DNA of 64,000 bases from Octopus vulgaris (Eukaryota): assembly GCA_951406725.2 (NCBI GenBank), contig OX597835.1:19158001-19222000 (forward strand), written 5' to 3'. Numbering within the stretch: the stretch's first letter is position 1; each line of letters starts with the position of its first letter. This document shows positions 40,087-56,037 of this stretch, one piece after another. The translations under genes were made by a program, and so were the position numbers. Below the pieces are notes generated by a model, which did not search any database, had not been told where the DNA came from, and saw nothing but the letters and a program-made list of their open reading frames with translations.

Positions 40087-40298
40087 TATAATCGTGGTTT
40101 TGGCCATGTACGGCTGCTACTTCTAGCATGTAAAATTACCTGTTAATGGGTAATTTTCCTTTTTGTTTAAATGTACACTATTTTAAAATATGAATATGTT
40201 GTCTATTGACTATCTATACATGTTAGACCACTGGTGGTGATATTTATAACGAATATTCAGTACCCTATACATTATATATATGTATATATATATATATG

Positions 40299-40396
<98 letters not shown>

Positions 40397-40664
40397 CCCT
40401 CTTCTCCTCTCTCTACACTACACCATACGACTTTACACATCACATCATATATACGTACACACGTCTAGACCTCTCATACGCACTAATACTCTCTCATACA
40501 CACACACACACTCTTCTCATACACACACACACACTCTTATGTTTGAGCGAGGTCATTCAACCCTATTATCTCCCCTAATTTCGCTCTTGCGTCTCATGTT
40601 TGATCTTTGACTTCTGGCCGAAATCAGATCGCCATGTTGATTCGGTAGCTTCTGCACGCATATT

Positions 40665-40866
40665 TTTTCTCTCCTTCTTTCTGTGTTTTTTCTCTGTGTA
40701 TCTTTCTGTTGAAGAGCGTAGGCTCGAAACGTTAAAGACTTGTTTCATTTATATTTCCTGAACGCCATACTAATACAATTGTTTGTTTGCATTCTACCTG
40801 CCTTCGTCTTTTGTTTATTTCCGTAAACCTGCCTTCGTCTTTTGTCTATTTTCATAAAGCTTCCCG

Positions 40867-40870
<4 letters not shown>
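40665..40870 (+). mobile_element. Family H3 PLE-like terminal module with a hammerhead-like motif at 40701-40738
   Basis: UCUUU-CUGUUGA-A-GAGC-GUAG-GCUC-GAAAC-GUU-AAAGA; ends in (TA)n. Confidence 0.65.
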
Positions 40871-40921
<51 letters not shown>

Positions 40922-41512
40922 CATACAGAGATATATATACGTATCTGTGTGAATGTTTATAATACAATATTTCGGTTGGATAAAGTTTAAAAAGTGGTCT
41001 GGTTTTCACGTTTTTGATTGTGGTATTTAAACATTAAATAACATTTTGTTATGCTCATAAAATTAAATTGGCACCTTCAGGAATTTCAGATGTTACATAT
41101 GACGTTTTTATTGAAAATAAAATAAGTACGTACATACATTCATACATACGTACGTACGTACATAAAACATACATACATGCATACATGCATACACACTGGA
41201 TAATTAACACACTGTTTAAATAGCAATCTTGAGAAATCAGTCTTCTCAAAATATAGATCCTATCCATTACTGGAACTGTAAAGATATGTAAAACTTTCCA
41301 GTAGTTTATCATTTGAATATACACGAGCATGTCTGCAAGTGCAACTATATGCATGAGAATACATGTATAAAACAAGCAAATATGCACATACATGCATACA
41401 GGCAAAAAATACCCTGCTGTTGATGTTGAAATTCAAATGAGGAAGCCTTGGATCTAGGTTAGAAAACTGTTCTTCCTCGCTGGCAAGACATTTTGAAATA
41501 AACTGAATAACG

Positions 41513-41721
41513 ACATACATACATACATACATACATACATACATACATACAAACATACATACATACATACATACATACATACATACATACATACATACAT
41601 ACAAACATACATACATACATACATACATACATACATACATACATACATACATACATACAAACATACATACATACATACATACATACATACATACATACAT
41701 ACATACAAACATACATACACA

Positions 41722-41769
<48 letters not shown>

Positions 41770-42529
41770 TACATACATACATACATACATACATACATAC
41801 ATACATACATACATACATACATACATACATACATACATACATACATACATACATACATACAAACATACATACATACAAACATACATACATACATACATAC
41901 ATACATACATACATACATACATACATACATACATACATACATACATACAAACATACATACATACATACATACATACATACATACATACATACATACATAC
42001 ATACATACATACATACATACATACATACATACATACATACATACATACATACATACATACATACATACATACATACATACATACATACATACATACATAC
42101 ATACATACATACATACATACATACATACATACATACATACATACATACATACATACATACATACATACATACATACATACATACATACATACATACATAC
42201 ATACATACATACATACATACATACATACATACATACATACATACATACATACATACATACATACATACATACATACATACATACATACATACATACATAC
42301 ATACATACATACATACATACATACATACATACATACATACATACATACATACATACATACATACATACATACATACATACATACATACATACATACATAC
42401 ATACATACATACATACATACATACATACATACATACATACATACATACATACATACATACATACATACATACATACATACATACATACATACATACATAC
42501 ATACATACATACATACATACATACATACA

Positions 42530-42561
<32 letters not shown>

Positions 42562-43441
42562 CATTACATACATACATACGTACAAACATACATATATACA
42601 TACATACATACATACATACATACATACATACATACATACATACATACATACATACATACATACATACATACATACATACATACATACATACATACATACA
42701 TACATACATACATACATACATACATACATACATACATACATACATACATACATACATACATACAAACATACATACATACATACATACATACATACATACA
42801 TACATACATACATACATACATACATACAACATACATACATACATACATACATACATACATACATACATACATACATACATACATACATACATACATACAT
42901 ACATACATACATACATACATACATACATACATACTGGCATACATACATACATACATACATACATACATACATACATACATACATACATACATACATACAT
43001 ACATACATACATACATACATACATACATACATACATACATACATACATACATACATACATACATACATACATACATACATACATACATACATACATACAT
43101 ACATACATACATACATACATACATACATACATACATACATACATACATACATACATACATACATACATACATACATACATACATACATACATACATACAT
43201 ACATACATACATACATACATACATACATACATACATACATACATACATACATACATACATACATACATACATACATACATACATACATACATACATACAT
43301 ACAAACATACATACATACATACATACATACATACATACATACATACATACATACATACATACATACATACAAACATACATACATACATACATACATACAT
43401 ACATACATACATACATACATACATACATACATACATACATA
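41513..43441. repeat. About 1.9-kb (TACA)n microsatellite array
   Basis: Seen directly; source of the 764-aa and 657-aa MYVC ORFs. Confidence 0.97.
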
Positions 43442-43560
43442 CGTTTGGTTACTGTAATGTCCAGATGTGTCACATTAGCACGGGTTGGATAGTAACCACA
43501 TTTGTACACTATGTGAATCGATACGCATATGGCTGTGTATATATGAATGTGCACACGCGT

Positions 43561-43678
43561 GTCTGTGTTCGTATCACGTTGGAAGCACCGGTTCTCGTCC
43601 GATCACCGAAGTTAAGCAACGTCGACCCTAGTCAGTACTTATATGGGTGACCGATTGGGAAACCTAGATGCAGTAAGC
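43561..43678 (+). pseudogene. 5S rRNA pseudogene (dispersed, diverged)
   Basis: atcacgttggaagcaccggttctcgtccgatcaccgaagttaagcaacgtcga...agtactt..atgggtgaccg...gggaa; substitutions near box C and in the terminal stem; no oligo-T terminator. Confidence 0.88.
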
Positions 43679-43879
43679 GTAACACACATTCATATAGACT
43701 TGTACATATATATATGAAGATATGTATCATTACACACGCATACATAAGATATACCTAGATTGTTTTTCACAGAAGATTAGCCATGTGCATTTGAGCTCGA
43801 ACAATTGCTTGGTTACAGTAGTCTTGTTATTAGTAGTTCATGTTTAAATACTCTGTATATGACACAATAGGTATCTCAC

Positions 43880-44111
43880 AGTGGCGAGTTGGTAGAAACG
43901 TTAGCACGCCGGGCGAAATGCTTTGTGATATTTCGTCCGCCGCTGTGTTCTCAGTTCAAATTCCGCCGAGGTCGACTTTACCTTTCATCCTTTCGGGGTT
44001 GATAAATTAAGTACCAGTGACGCACTGGGGTCGATTTAATCGACTTAATCCGTTCGTCTGTACTTGTTTGTCCTCTCTTCGTTTAGTCTCTTGTGGGTAA
44101 TAAAGAAATAG
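43880..44111 (+). mobile_element. SINE family C monomer
   Basis: Homology to 20727. Confidence 0.88.
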
Positions 44112-44190
44112 TTATCTCCTAGTGGATGGAGTGCTATTTTGCTGGACCTACATAAAAGGAACACTATGATATATAAGTATGTATATATAC

Positions 44191-44267
<77 letters not shown>

Positions 44268-44268
<1 letters not shown>

Positions 44269-44384
44269 TAATAATATTAGGGAGTAAATCCAAATTTACA
44301 GGGAAAAATTAGATTTAGGATTAAATCCAATTTTACAGTATGTTTATCACTGTTTGATTTGCTTAATAGTGGTTTTATCTCTAA

Positions 44385-44390
<6 letters not shown>
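44268..44390. mobile_element. Family H1 module lacking the central palindrome and ribozyme
   Basis: Left part matches 25275-25347; right part matches 51130-51171; (TA)n on both sides. Confidence 0.7.
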
Positions 44391-44454
<64 letters not shown>

Positions 44455-44455
<1 letters not shown>

Positions 44456-44848
44456 TATTCCTTTATTCTTTTGCTTCATTCACTCGATCACTGGACTTAC
44501 TTTTTGTAAGCGTAGTACTCATTTTATCGGCCTTATTTGCCGAACGGCTAAGTAAGGAGGACATAAGCTCAGAAGCATCGGATGTCAAGTGGTATTGGGT
44601 GAACATATACAGACTCACACGCGCGCACACACACATACGCATAAAAAGTTACATAAATAAATACACAGACACACACACATATATATGTATATATACATAT
44701 ATATGTGTTTATATGTGAATGTATATACGACGGGCAAAGAATTTGGTCGGCCCAAGGCTACAGTAGAAAATATTTTCTCAACGTGTCTTGCATTTGGGCT
44801 GAGCCCATGTGATTATGAAGAAAGCTTCTTACCGCAGAGCCACGCCAT
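44455..44848 (-). mobile_element. Old SINE-B
   Basis: Degenerate gccgaacggctaagt and ttggtcggcccaaggcta. Confidence 0.65.
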
Positions 44849-45164
44849 GTGTGTGTATGTGTGTGTGTGATTGTGTATGTATGTGTGTTTGTATGTATGT
44901 ATGTATGTATGCATTTATATGCGCCTGTTTCTCTCTGTGCATATATTTATATATATATGTATGTATATATGTACGTGATCATATGCTTGTGTGTGTGTGT
45001 GTTTGTGTGTGTGTGTATGTGTATGTGTGTTTGTATGTATTCATGTATATATTTATATGCGCCTGTTTCTCTGTGTGAGCAAACATATATATATATATAT
45101 GTATGTATATATGTACGCGATCATATGCTTATGTGTGTGTGTTGTGTGTGTGTTTGTGTGTGTC

Positions 45165-45196
<32 letters not shown>

Positions 45197-45632
45197 GTGT
45201 GTGTGTGTGTGTGTGCGTGCGTGCGTGTGTGTGTGCATATATGGCAAACCAAAAGAATGAAGAATATACTGTAATAGCTTGATCGGCGACCTGCAATAGA
45301 TTTATTCCATTCTAAGTTTATAGAAAGCAAGAAAAGGACATTTGTTGCCTGTTAGAATATATGTTTCACAAAATATATCACCAGCTCCATTAAAGACTGA
45401 AACGGCTAACGTATATACAGAAGCATATAGAATGATATACTTAGGCACTTAGGAACGGCTCTATATTCAATGCATGTTTGTAAATACTAGTATATAGATA
45501 TACGTGTATGTGAGTGTGCGTGCAATTGTGTCTGTGAATGTGCGTGTTTCTGTGTGTATACACGCAGGAATGGCTGTGTGGTAAGATGTTTGCTTCCCAG
45601 CCATTCATATATACATATATATATATATATAT

Positions 45633-45675
<43 letters not shown>

Positions 45676-45852
45676 CATGTATGTATCAATCCAAAATATA
45701 TATTTATCTACATATATGTGTGTGTATGTACGTATGTACGTATGCGAAAAAGACTCTTCTATCATTAGACGACGTATGAGGATTACACAATTTCTTATAG
45801 AACCATACAATATGTATATGTATGTAAATACATATACATACATATGTGTGTG

Positions 45853-45934
<82 letters not shown>

Positions 45935-45936
<2 letters not shown>

Positions 45937-46047
45937 AATTTACAGAATAAGATAAAAAGATAAAAATCCTAGGATGTAAAGACTTCAGAATATTTATAAC
46001 TGGAAGGTCTTACAGCTGTTTCCGGGATATTTTATATATCCCTTCAT
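45935..46047 (-). mobile_element. TA-anchored module (family H4) with a 5'-truncated hammerhead
   Basis: Minus strand ..AUGA-AGGGAUAU-AUAAA-AUAUCCCG-GAAAC-AGCU-GUA-AGACC; the CUG is lost at the microsatellite junction. Confidence 0.55.
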
Positions 46048-46074
46048 ACATACGTACATAAAGGCATACATACA

Positions 46075-46110
<36 letters not shown>

Positions 46111-46160
46111 TATATATACATAATTATATATCTATATAGATATATCAATAAATATATATG

Positions 46161-46201
<41 letters not shown>

Positions 46202-46889
46202 CATATATATTTATATATATATGCACTGTATCAAGCATGAAGCTTAAAGAAAAAAAATTTCAGTAATGTACAAAAATGAAGACGTTTACTTCTAGTTGCA
46301 GGTAAAAGAACCATTCTATGTTGAGTTTCCAGAGAAAAAAAATATATATGGATATTGCAAAAACAGTGGTGATTAGGTCAACAGAATCTCTAGATATCAT
46401 TCACTATCAATATTGGATAAACATATTGATAAAAATGATATTATTTCGGATAAAGTTCCACAGCTCCATATTTGATATAACATATTTTGTTGTCACGTTC
46501 TTTCCAGTTAGATGACGATATTGCTGCTGCTGCTGCTGCTGCTGCCGATTTTGTTGTTTTTTTTTGTTGTTGTTATTGTGGTTGTTTTTTGTTGTTGTTG
46601 TTGCTGATATTGTGCTATCGTTTTAGCTATTCCTTCTTTCAATTTTTTTTTTTATTATGGTATTCCTTTCCATTTGGATCTCAGTGTTTATATTGATGTC
46701 GTTGTTCTTGTTCTTGCTACTGTTGCGGCTCCCTTTATTGTTTTTGTTTTGTTTTATTTTTTTTTTGCTTGTATAAATATTAGCGATGTAAACAAGAGAG
46801 AAATGACGATGCTTTCATCTCTCACTCTCTTTGTAACACTGCCCCTCTGTCTCTCTCCTTCTTCCTCTCTTTTTCTCCCCTTCTCTCTC

Positions 46890-46936
<47 letters not shown>

Positions 46937-47134
46937 TTATTTATTTATTTATGCATCTATCTCTATGTATATATTTGTGTGAATACATGCAAATACAATT
47001 ATGTAAATATATATATATTTATTTATATATGCGTATATCTATCTATCTATCTATCTATCTATCTCTTAATATGCCCATATTTTTTGTCTACATATGTGTG
47101 TATGAATATACACACACACAAACACACACACACA

Positions 47135-47211
<77 letters not shown>

Positions 47212-47283
47212 TATATATATATATATATGTATATGCATATATACATATATACATACATAAATATATACATATATACATACATA

Positions 47284-47349
<66 letters not shown>

Positions 47350-48857
47350 TATATATACACGCATAGATACCTGTATGCACATATTAATTTCTCCTTTCAC
47401 GGTTTAGTTAATATTGAGGAATCGGATGTTGTTCTCATCGTTGCTCCATCTCTTGTTACTCTTATATTGACAGTCGTTTTTGTAAATGTTTGTTTGTTGT
47501 TGGCGTTGTTACCAGTAGGGTTTCTGGTAGTTCGTCGTTTATTTGTTTGCACGTGCTTATACGTATATATATATATATGATATCATGGCTGTTGTTGCTG
47601 TTGCTTGTTTGTTTGTTGTTTGTTTCTGCTTTTGATTTTCTTTCTGTTGTTGTTGTGATTTTTTTTTTTTACAATTTCTTGTTCTTCTTTGGGTTGTTAT
47701 TGTTAATGGCGTCTCTGTTATGAATCATCTGTGCAATGCTGAAAGTGTATTATTTAGCAGGAAATGTTTTAAAGGTTCATCAACATTGCTTCTGGAAAGA
47801 AAAACTGGTTCAGTAAAAGGTCCAGGGAGATTGTGTGTATGTGTGTGTGAGAGAGAGAGAGAGGGGGGAGACAAACACACACAGTGACGGAGAGAAAGGC
47901 TGACAGACAGACAAAGAGAGAGAGAGATACACACACAGACCGAGAGAGAGAGAGAGAGGGAGAAAATGAGAGAAACGGAGAGAGAGATACACACACACAC
48001 ACACACAAACAGAGACACAGAGAAAGGCTGACAGACAGACAAAGAGAGAGAGACACACACAGACCGAGAGAGAGAGAGGGAGAAAATAGAGAAGGGAGAG
48101 AGGGAGAAAATAGAGAAACGGAGAGAGGGAGAAAACAGAGAAACGGAGAGAAACAGAGAGACAGAGAAGTGGGGGAGAGAGAAAGGGTTGGTGTTGAAGA
48201 GATGAGAGTGAATGGGAGGAAGAGGAAAGAGGGAAGGTGGAAGTGAGAGAAAGGAAGAGGAAAGAGGAATAGAAAGAAAGATGTAGACCTCGGATGAGGG
48301 AAAAGGAAAACGAGAACTTCAGGATTAGGAGAGATAATGCATTGCGGGAAGCCAGTAGGTTAAGTAAATAAGTGTATGTGTGTGTGAGTTCGTTGGGCTT
48401 TGTAGTGCGTGTTTGTGTGTGTCTGTGTATGTGTGTGTGCGTGTGTGTGTATGTGTGTGTGTGTGTGTGTGTGTGTTTAGAAGCTATGATCTGAACACAC
48501 AGTAATAGAAAGAGATTGTCAGACGTGTGTTCAAAAGTGAAGAAAGAATTCATAAATTAAGAGTATATATGGAGAAGAGATAACAGCTACATAAGGAATG
48601 CCATATATATCTGAACCTCGGAGTAAGAAATATTTTGCATGAGTTCACGGTTTCACACAAGCGCACCCATGCATGCACACGTATATCCACACACACACAT
48701 GTGTATGCATGTAGTGCTCTGCGTTGTTAACGCTTCGGTGGACTCGTAGTGGCTGGAGCATTGTAGACTTTAGAGAACCATTCCTTCCCTGGCGCTAATC
48801 ATTGTGCATTTAGTCCACGTGAACAGAAAGAAAGAGTCAGATATTAAATAAATATAT

Positions 48858-49080
48858 ATTTCTTTATTGCCCACAAGGGGCTAAACATAGAGAGGACAAA
48901 CAAGGACAGACAAAGGGATTAAGTCGATTACATCAACCCCAGTGCGAAACTGGTACTTTTATTTATCAACCCCGAAAGGATGAAAGGCAAAGTCGACCTC
49001 GGCGGAATTTGAACTCAGAACGTAACGACAGACGAAATACCGCTAAGCATTCCGCCCGGCGCGCTAACGTGTCTGCCAGC
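48858..49080 (-). mobile_element. SINE family C monomer
   Basis: Reverse complement of the family C consensus. Confidence 0.9.
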
Positions 49081-49302
49081 GTTACATTAAGGAGATAATC
49101 GATTCCAGTAGAGCAACACAACTTTATTGAGCACTAGATTGTTTGGTTTAGCTTGACAGCCAAAAGGATAAAGAAAATGGAGAAGACAGTGGTGTTATAT
49201 GTACTAAGTATTTATAATTCCTCCTGTGTTAATCAACATTTGAATTGAAGAATTTTTGTGTCGCATCTCTTTTATCCTCTTCATAGTAATGATATAGGCT
49301 AC

Positions 49303-49689
49303 TGGAGGCGCAATGGCCCAGTGGTTAGGGCAGCGGACATGCGGTCATAGGATCGCGGTTTCGATTCCCAGACCGGGCGTTGGGAGTGTTTATTGAGCGA
49401 AAACACCTAAAGCTCCACGAGGCTCCGGCAGGGGATGGTGGTGATCCCTGCTGTACTCTTTCACCACAACTTTCTCTCACTCTTACTTCCAGTTTCTGTT
49501 GTACCTGTATTTCCAAGGGGCAGGCCTTGTCACTCTCTGTGTCACGCTGAATATCCCCGAGAACTACGTTAAGTGTACACGTGTCTGTGGAGTGCTCAGC
49601 CACTTACACATAAATTTCTCGAGCAGGCTGTTCCGTTGATTCGGATCAACCGGAACCCTCGTCGTCGTAACCGACGGAGTGCTTCCACC
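49303..49689 (+). mobile_element. Full-length SINE family A
   Basis: TSD ataggctac. Confidence 0.92.
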
Positions 49690-50582
49690 ATAGGCTACTA
49701 GAAAGAATTTGTAAAATATTTTCGTTCAACACAGTTCCAGGCTTGTATTTATTTTATTACGTTGTGAATAATGTTTTTATTTCTCTTTTTACACGTCGTT
49801 CTTCTCAAAGATATCAATTACACAATCATTTAATATGCAGTATTTTAGTATTAGTTTCTCTTACCTTGTCAGTATTATACACAACAAGACAAATAGTTAC
49901 ATAATTAGCAGCTTCTGTACCCGGTACACCTCAACATCTACCTGAATGACTCCATTTCATCTTCGAGAATATTCTACGTTTCCAAATCAATATATCATAT
50001 TGTCAGCCTTATACACCTGATATTAACCCCATGAAGTACACAGAATGCATATCCGATGATTTTATATGACGGTCCAATAACAATATGTAGTAATTCATTT
50101 CCACAGGGCGCCATTTTTTTTTACATCAATTGCAAGAGGGCCAGGAAATAACCTGCTGCATATATATTTGCACAACTACAGCATAGCTTCAGGCTATATG
50201 CTACAAAATATAAATGACGTTTTGCTCTCTGCTATCTGCACGCATTTCACAAACCAGTTATTTAGAACGACAGCGAAATTTCCTGTTGCTGTCTACAAGG
50301 GATCTCCACCTTCTGTGACAACTTTCATTGATATTTCAACGGAATATTTACCTAAAACCTCCAAGAAGGTAAGGAGATAGACAAAGAACATGCTGTCTTC
50401 GCTTCAGTTTTGAAGCTACTAATGCATCAAGAAGAAAGACTTGTTACAGATCTAGCTTGTCACTGTTTTAATTCATAGTCTTGTTTATCACATATTTATC
50501 ACATCTTTTTCCAACAAAATCTAAGGCCAAATATTTGCTGTACAAATATATATAAGCATGTATGAATCTATGTATATATAAT

Positions 50583-50647
<65 letters not shown>

Positions 50648-50777
50648 TTAGAGATAAAACCACTATTAAGCAAATCAAACAATGAAAAACTTAAGCCAAT
50701 ACATAAAATTAATTAATTTATATTATTTTAAATATATATCAAAATTATTAAAAGTTTAATAAAAATAATGAGTAAAA

Positions 50778-50846
50778 CACTACGATCGTTTCATGGCTGT
50801 CCAATTCGTAATAATTCGAGTTATGGTTACAGTCAATCTTCAGGTG
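50778..50846 (-). ncRNA. Type I hammerhead with extended stem II and palindromic loop III (ACGAUCGU)
   Basis: CAC-CUGAAGA-UUGACUGU...ACAGCCAU-GAAAC-GAUC-GUA-GUG. Confidence 0.75.
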
Positions 50847-50965
50847 ATTAAAATATCAGACTCTATATGTTTTAATTTAATGTCTTCTTTATCACATATT
50901 TATCACATCTTTTTCTAACAAAATCTAAGGCCAAATATATTGAATATAGAGTCTGATATTTTAAT

Positions 50966-51034
50966 CACCTGAAGATTGACTGTAACCATAACTCGAATTA
51001 TTACGAATTGGACAGCCATGGAACGATCGTAGTG
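50966..51034 (+). ncRNA. Hammerhead copy with a GAAA->GGAA core mutation
   Basis: CAC-CUGAAGA...ACAGCCAU-GGAAC-GAUC-GUA-GUG. Confidence 0.6.
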
Positions 51035-51290
51035 TTTTACTCATTATCTTTTATTAAACTTTTAATAATTTTGATATATATTTAAAATAATATAAATTAA
51101 TTAATTTTATGTATTGGCTTAAGTTTTTCATTGTTTGATTTGCCTAATAGTGGTTTTATCTCTAATTTAATATAATATAATATTTTACTATATAATTGAA
51201 TTCAATCCTAAATCTGATTTTTCCCTGTAAGTTTGGATTTATTCCCTAATATTTTATTATATATATATATGTGTGTATATAATGAAACAG

Positions 51291-51370
<80 letters not shown>

Positions 51371-51779
51371 TACTACTTTCTGAATACTATCTAAATACTA
51401 TCTGCAAATAAAGATAGAATTGGCTGCAAGAAAAGTGTCTTGTATGCGGTACTATACTCCAAATATCCCGAAATCAAACTCCATCACAAGAGGAATTTTA
51501 AAATGTATGTTTCCTTTACTCATTTAAGATTGTATGATTTTAAAATGTGATACATAAAAGAGACAGAAATAATGAGTTGTGTGATTTGATTTACTGGTTA
51601 TATATGGTATATTCTCTTGTAGTGAACCGCGAATGTTGATTCAGCGAAATAAAACACTAATCATGTCCTTTGGAAACGAATTGATCTCTTGAGGCTGGTG
51701 CCTTGCAAAGCTTTTGGTAAATGGAACAAGTTGAGGACTCAGAATAAATAAATACATACATCCATCCATCCATAAATAT

Positions 51780-52191
51780 GAGTGGCTGTGTGGTAAGTAG
51801 CTTGCTAACCAACCACATAGTCCCGGGTTCAGTCCCACTGCGTGGCATCTTGGGCAAGTGTCTTCTGTTATAGCCCCGGGCCGACCAATGCCTTGCGAGT
51901 GGATTTGGTTGACGGAAACTGAAAGAAGCCTGTCGTATATATGTATATATATATATATATAAGTGTGTGTGTATATGTCTGTCTGTCTGTCTGTGTTTGT
52001 CTCCCTAGCATTGCTTGACAACCGATGCTGGTGTGTTTACGTCCCCGTCCCTTAGGGGTTCGGCAAAAGAGACCGATAGAATAAGTACTGGGCTTACAAA
52101 GAATAAGTCCCGGGGTCGATTTGCTCGACTAAAGGTGGTGCTCCAGCATTGCCGCAGTCAAATGACTGAAACAAGTAAAAGAGTAAAGAGT
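51780..52191 (+). mobile_element. SINE family B
   Basis: Homology to full-length copies. Confidence 0.9.
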
Positions 52192-52923
52192 ATATATATA
52201 TATGTATGGATGTATGTATGTATATACGACATAAACTCTTAATACATACTTGTGTATGCGTATACATATGTATACACACACACATACACACACATATATG
52301 CATGTATGCATAATAAAATTTTTATATTAAAAATTTCAAAATTTTAATTGTACTTCATTAGTATGCTAGTTGAGAAATACGATGGACGCAATCATATTAT
52401 CAGAGTGTTTTAAAGTAGGTGCTCATCCAGTGATTGATGTGCTACTTGTAGAATGTCATAAACAGCATATTCTGATTGATCTTATAACTAACATTACAAT
52501 ACACACCGAAGAACTATAATCCATTAAGATTTCCTCTCCGTTTCTGCAATGTAACTTTTAAAAAACATATGTGATTCCTAAACATGAAGAACAAAAGGCT
52601 AAAATGTTGAAAATATCTTCATCCTCTCTCTTGGTCGGAATGGGAATTATGGTCACCAAAGGCAACGGACGGACGAAAATTATTCCAACTGAGACAGTCA
52701 TTTACATGTGTTCAGAATAACAACATAGAATTAAGACCGTGCTTTAAAGAAAGTATCATACTGTGTTTGTCACGAAGAAAACATAACTAAAGTTACTTCG
52801 CTTCTAATATATGTGTGTGTTGGTGAGCATTGCAATGTGAAAGTGTTTCTGTGATTGTGTGTTGTATGTTCATATATATACATATATGAACTGCCATATA
52901 TGTATGTACATGCATAAAAATAT

Positions 52924-52985
<62 letters not shown>

Positions 52986-53133
52986 ATATATATAACGAGA
53001 GAGAGAGAGAGAGATAGACAGACTGACAGAAAGAGAGAGACACACACACACAGAATGAAAGAGAGAGGAATACATATTATGTATATATGTATTATATAAA
53101 TATATATATATTTATATAAACATATACATACTT

Positions 53134-53190
<57 letters not shown>

Positions 53191-54467
53191 CTTTATACAC
53201 AAACACACACACGCGCACACACACACACATATATATATATATATACATATTCTTTATACACAAACACACACACATATATATATACATATACATATACTTA
53301 TATACATACACATGCATGCGCGCGCACACACACACACATATATACACATATACATATACTTATATACGAACATACACACACACACGTAAATATATATGCA
53401 TATTTGCTTATATACACACACTCAGACACGTATAAATGATTACACACACATACGTAAATATACACATTCACTTGAACTGTATAAAAGCACAGTTTCCGTA
53501 GGAAGCAAAGTGCTTTTTCAGTATTTTAATCAATTTGCCTTTTTATATTTTTCTTTTCTGTTTCTTTTTCCGTTCATTCGCAACATCCTTTCTAATAACC
53601 AGCAAGCAAAGCAGTTCCAACTTTCTTTCCCGAATATCACAGCATCCAGTGCTACTTAACAAACAATTCTGCGGAATTGGTTAGTCTTTCTAAGTCAATT
53701 GCTTCGCTGCTAACTCAGTAGGGATTCCGCGATCTGCTTGTAGCTGGCTCACCTGAGCAAGCCTGGGTTCCTCCTGTTAAAAGTCGGATATTATTTGATA
53801 GCGTAAATAGTAATTGTATGAAATCAAACATGAGGGGTTTGCGAATATATTTGTATAGGAAGCATAGGATGTTTTGAGTGTATAGGAGACGGAAAATTGG
53901 TTCAACGATTAATGAAACATTGATAAACATGGTGGAGTTGTTGAAATAGCATGGCAATACAGGGATGGAGGAAATAGTAGTATGTGATTATGTAGGCGGG
54001 AACATCATGCAAATTGATTGTAGTAGATGTGTGTTTGGAGAAATATTTGCTGGTTACGATTGAGGTTGTTGATGAAAAGGCCGATTTCATTGTCTCCAAC
54101 TCAGCTTCGTGCCTATTCATACTTGCGATTAGGGATTTTCTGTAATGATTGAAAGAAAACGATCGTAAATACAAGAGGCCAAAACAGGGTTCCTACAAAG
54201 GGTTACTGGAGAAAATGGTCACTCTTCAGTTGGAGACTCTTTCCGCATTGAGAAGTCAACGTACCGCTACCACGGATATGTGGATTGAATATCACAGGAA
54301 AGAATCGCAAGATAGTTTATCCAAGCCAAACGAACCGGCAGGATACCAAGGGGTGGACGAAGAACGCGATGGTTCGATGATATCCATGTTATCAGTTAGT
54401 CGCGCTTGGTAATCCAACCGTAAAATGTAGCGAGATTACTTCACATAGACTTCACATAGACATATAT

Positions 54468-55219
<752 letters not shown>

Positions 55220-55966
55220 CTGGAAAGCTGGATGTGTGAGCGTTTGTAATTGCGGGTACATTGAGTGTATTTGTGTGTACAGCTAAAGGGAGAAAGAGGA
55301 AAATAAGAAAACTTTGTGTGAGACGTAAAAATTCTGTTTGGTTTACGAGTCTCTAGGATTATATATCTAGACGTATATATTGCGATTATGAGAAAGAGTT
55401 GGATTTTAGGTGGAATGGAAAATGGAGTGAAAGAGCGTTAGTGCACTTCGGACCTGAAAGTGTAGTGGTGTTAACGTTGTTGTTCTTTTTTATTATTATT
55501 GGCGGTGACTGCTGTGGTGTTTGAGATGTCGGATGTCATATAAAATCCAATTTCCACAACAGTAAAAATGCCGTTAGCATCACCAGAAATAATCATTATT
55601 GGATTATCGAGGAAACGGGAAGAAACGGTAGTGAAACCAAAATTGAAGAGAGGAAAAAAAAAAAATAAATCGCCAAATATTAATTTTTTTTTTTATTTTT
55701 AAGGAAATACTTTTCTTAACTACAAACATGAAGATATCTCGAAGTGTTGGAAATAATGTTAAGATGGCTCAAAATTTTCTCGGTTCATTTCCGAGTAATA
55801 TTTAAAAAAAAGGAGATATATTTTTCTTCCTTCAAACGTTCTAAGAAATGAAAACCAATTTTGGGAAATTGTAAGTCTAACCATAGCTGAATAATTGAAT
55901 CACCCGACTCATTTTTATCATCGTAATCACTATCATTATCGCCATCGTCCACTTCGGCGTGATTAG

Positions 55967-56037
<71 letters not shown>

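Larger units (their letters stand above)
50641..51260. mobile_element. Family H1 palindromic module with ~225-bp arms and two hammerheads
   Basis: Arms about 50641-50867 and 50945-51171; 3' extension to ~51260; (TA)n on both sides. Confidence 0.85.

Noticed and set aside
41260-43554. 764-, 657- and 366-aa MYVC-repeat ORFs
   Set aside because: Translations of (TACA)n that are open in several frames; not genes
43561-43678. Functional 5S rRNA gene
   Set aside because: Single copy with a damaged terminal helix and box C region and no T-run terminator
44900-48080. Short tandem duplications (about 44905-45130 and 47880-48085)
   Set aside because: Ordinary slippage duplications within microsatellite-rich DNA
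49900-50460. YTPDINPM resembling the Tc1 SPDLNPIE motif
   Set aside because: A single weak motif without the surrounding DDE context
53700-54200. Possible Penelope-like N-terminal remnant on the minus strand
   Set aside because: Only vague similarity (NILCFLYKY); needs an HMM search
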